From the sequence record LR756502.1: a stretch of DNA of 64,000 nt. The stretch is one strand, 5' to 3'. A program made the translations under genes and the position numbers. The notes beneath the pieces were generated by a model, which was not told where the DNA came from, searched no databases, and was given only the letters and a program-made list of their open reading frames with translations. Shown here one piece after another: positions 63,737-64,000 of the stretch (the first letter of the stretch is position 1; each line of letters opens with the position of its first letter).

Positions 63737-64000
63737 ATGCATCTTGAAATTGAGAGAAAGTTCCTTTTGAAGGCAATGCCTGATAATCATCCTGATGAAA
63801 TAGTTCAAATTGAGCAGTGGTATTGGAAAAACAAAGATGGTATCTGGGAAAGAGCTAGAACTTGGTTCTCTGATGTTAATGGTGATAAATGGATACATAC
63901 AATTAAAAAAAGTGTATCAAAGGGTGTGAATATTGAGGATGAACGTGACTTGACTAAAGAGGAATTTGATAAATTTGTTAAGATATGTCAGTCTCCGAAA
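63737..64000 (+). CDS. CYTH-domain protein (partial, runs off window)
   Basis: MHLEIERKFLLK (ExExK motif), IEQWY. Confidence 0.75.
   Translation, partial: MHLEIERKFLLKAMPDNHPDEIVQIEQWYWKNKDGIWERARTWFSDVNGDKWIHTIKKSVSKGVNIEDERDLTKEEFDKFVKICQSPK

Noticed and set aside
1-64000. Stop-codon recoding, as in some huge phages
   Set aside because: Long conserved genes (nrdJ, gltX, glnS, aspS) are intact in the standard code, TAG and TGA end real genes, and no suppressor tRNA was found.
1-64000. CRISPR array
   Set aside because: No regularly spaced identical repeats; recurrent motifs are tRNA arms, promoters and tag-coding starts.

Overview
64-kb segment of a very large, AT-rich phage genome (huge/jumbo type). 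The host is very probably Bacteroidota, judged from the recurrent TAnnTTTG sigma-A promoters and a T9SS C-terminal-domain cargo protein. The window is a translation-takeover region: about 65 tRNA and tRNA-like genes in amino-acid-sorted clusters, five aminoacyl-tRNA synthetases (TrpRS, HisRS core, GluRS, GlnRS, ND-type AspRS), TilS, YqeY, candidate RNA-repair enzymes, class II RNR and homing endonucleases. Main unexplained system: nine short leader peptides, all below the ORF-track cutoff. Each is followed by an intrinsic terminator whose 5' arm is complementary to the end of the leader, and in eight of them the leader is enriched in the amino acids of the tRNAs or synthetase immediately downstream (clearest: MTTSFQQQQQQQINRTD -> 4 tRNA-Gln -> glnS). 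This reads as a network of ribosome-sensing attenuators that switch on phage tRNA/aaRS operons when the matching aminoacyl-tRNA is depleted. Also notable: non-canonical tRNAs (V-arm Lys/Glu/Gln, V-armless Leu, D-armless Ile/Arg, 8-nt anticodon loops, insertions), a ~0.9-kb structured ncRNA, about 25 unrelated proteins sharing a T4 capsid-targeting-like N-terminal tag, and 16 others sharing a C-terminal RDxK(I/L)xx(I/L)L tag. All coordinates and base pairings were read by eye and may be off by 1-2 nt. No database or folding search was run.
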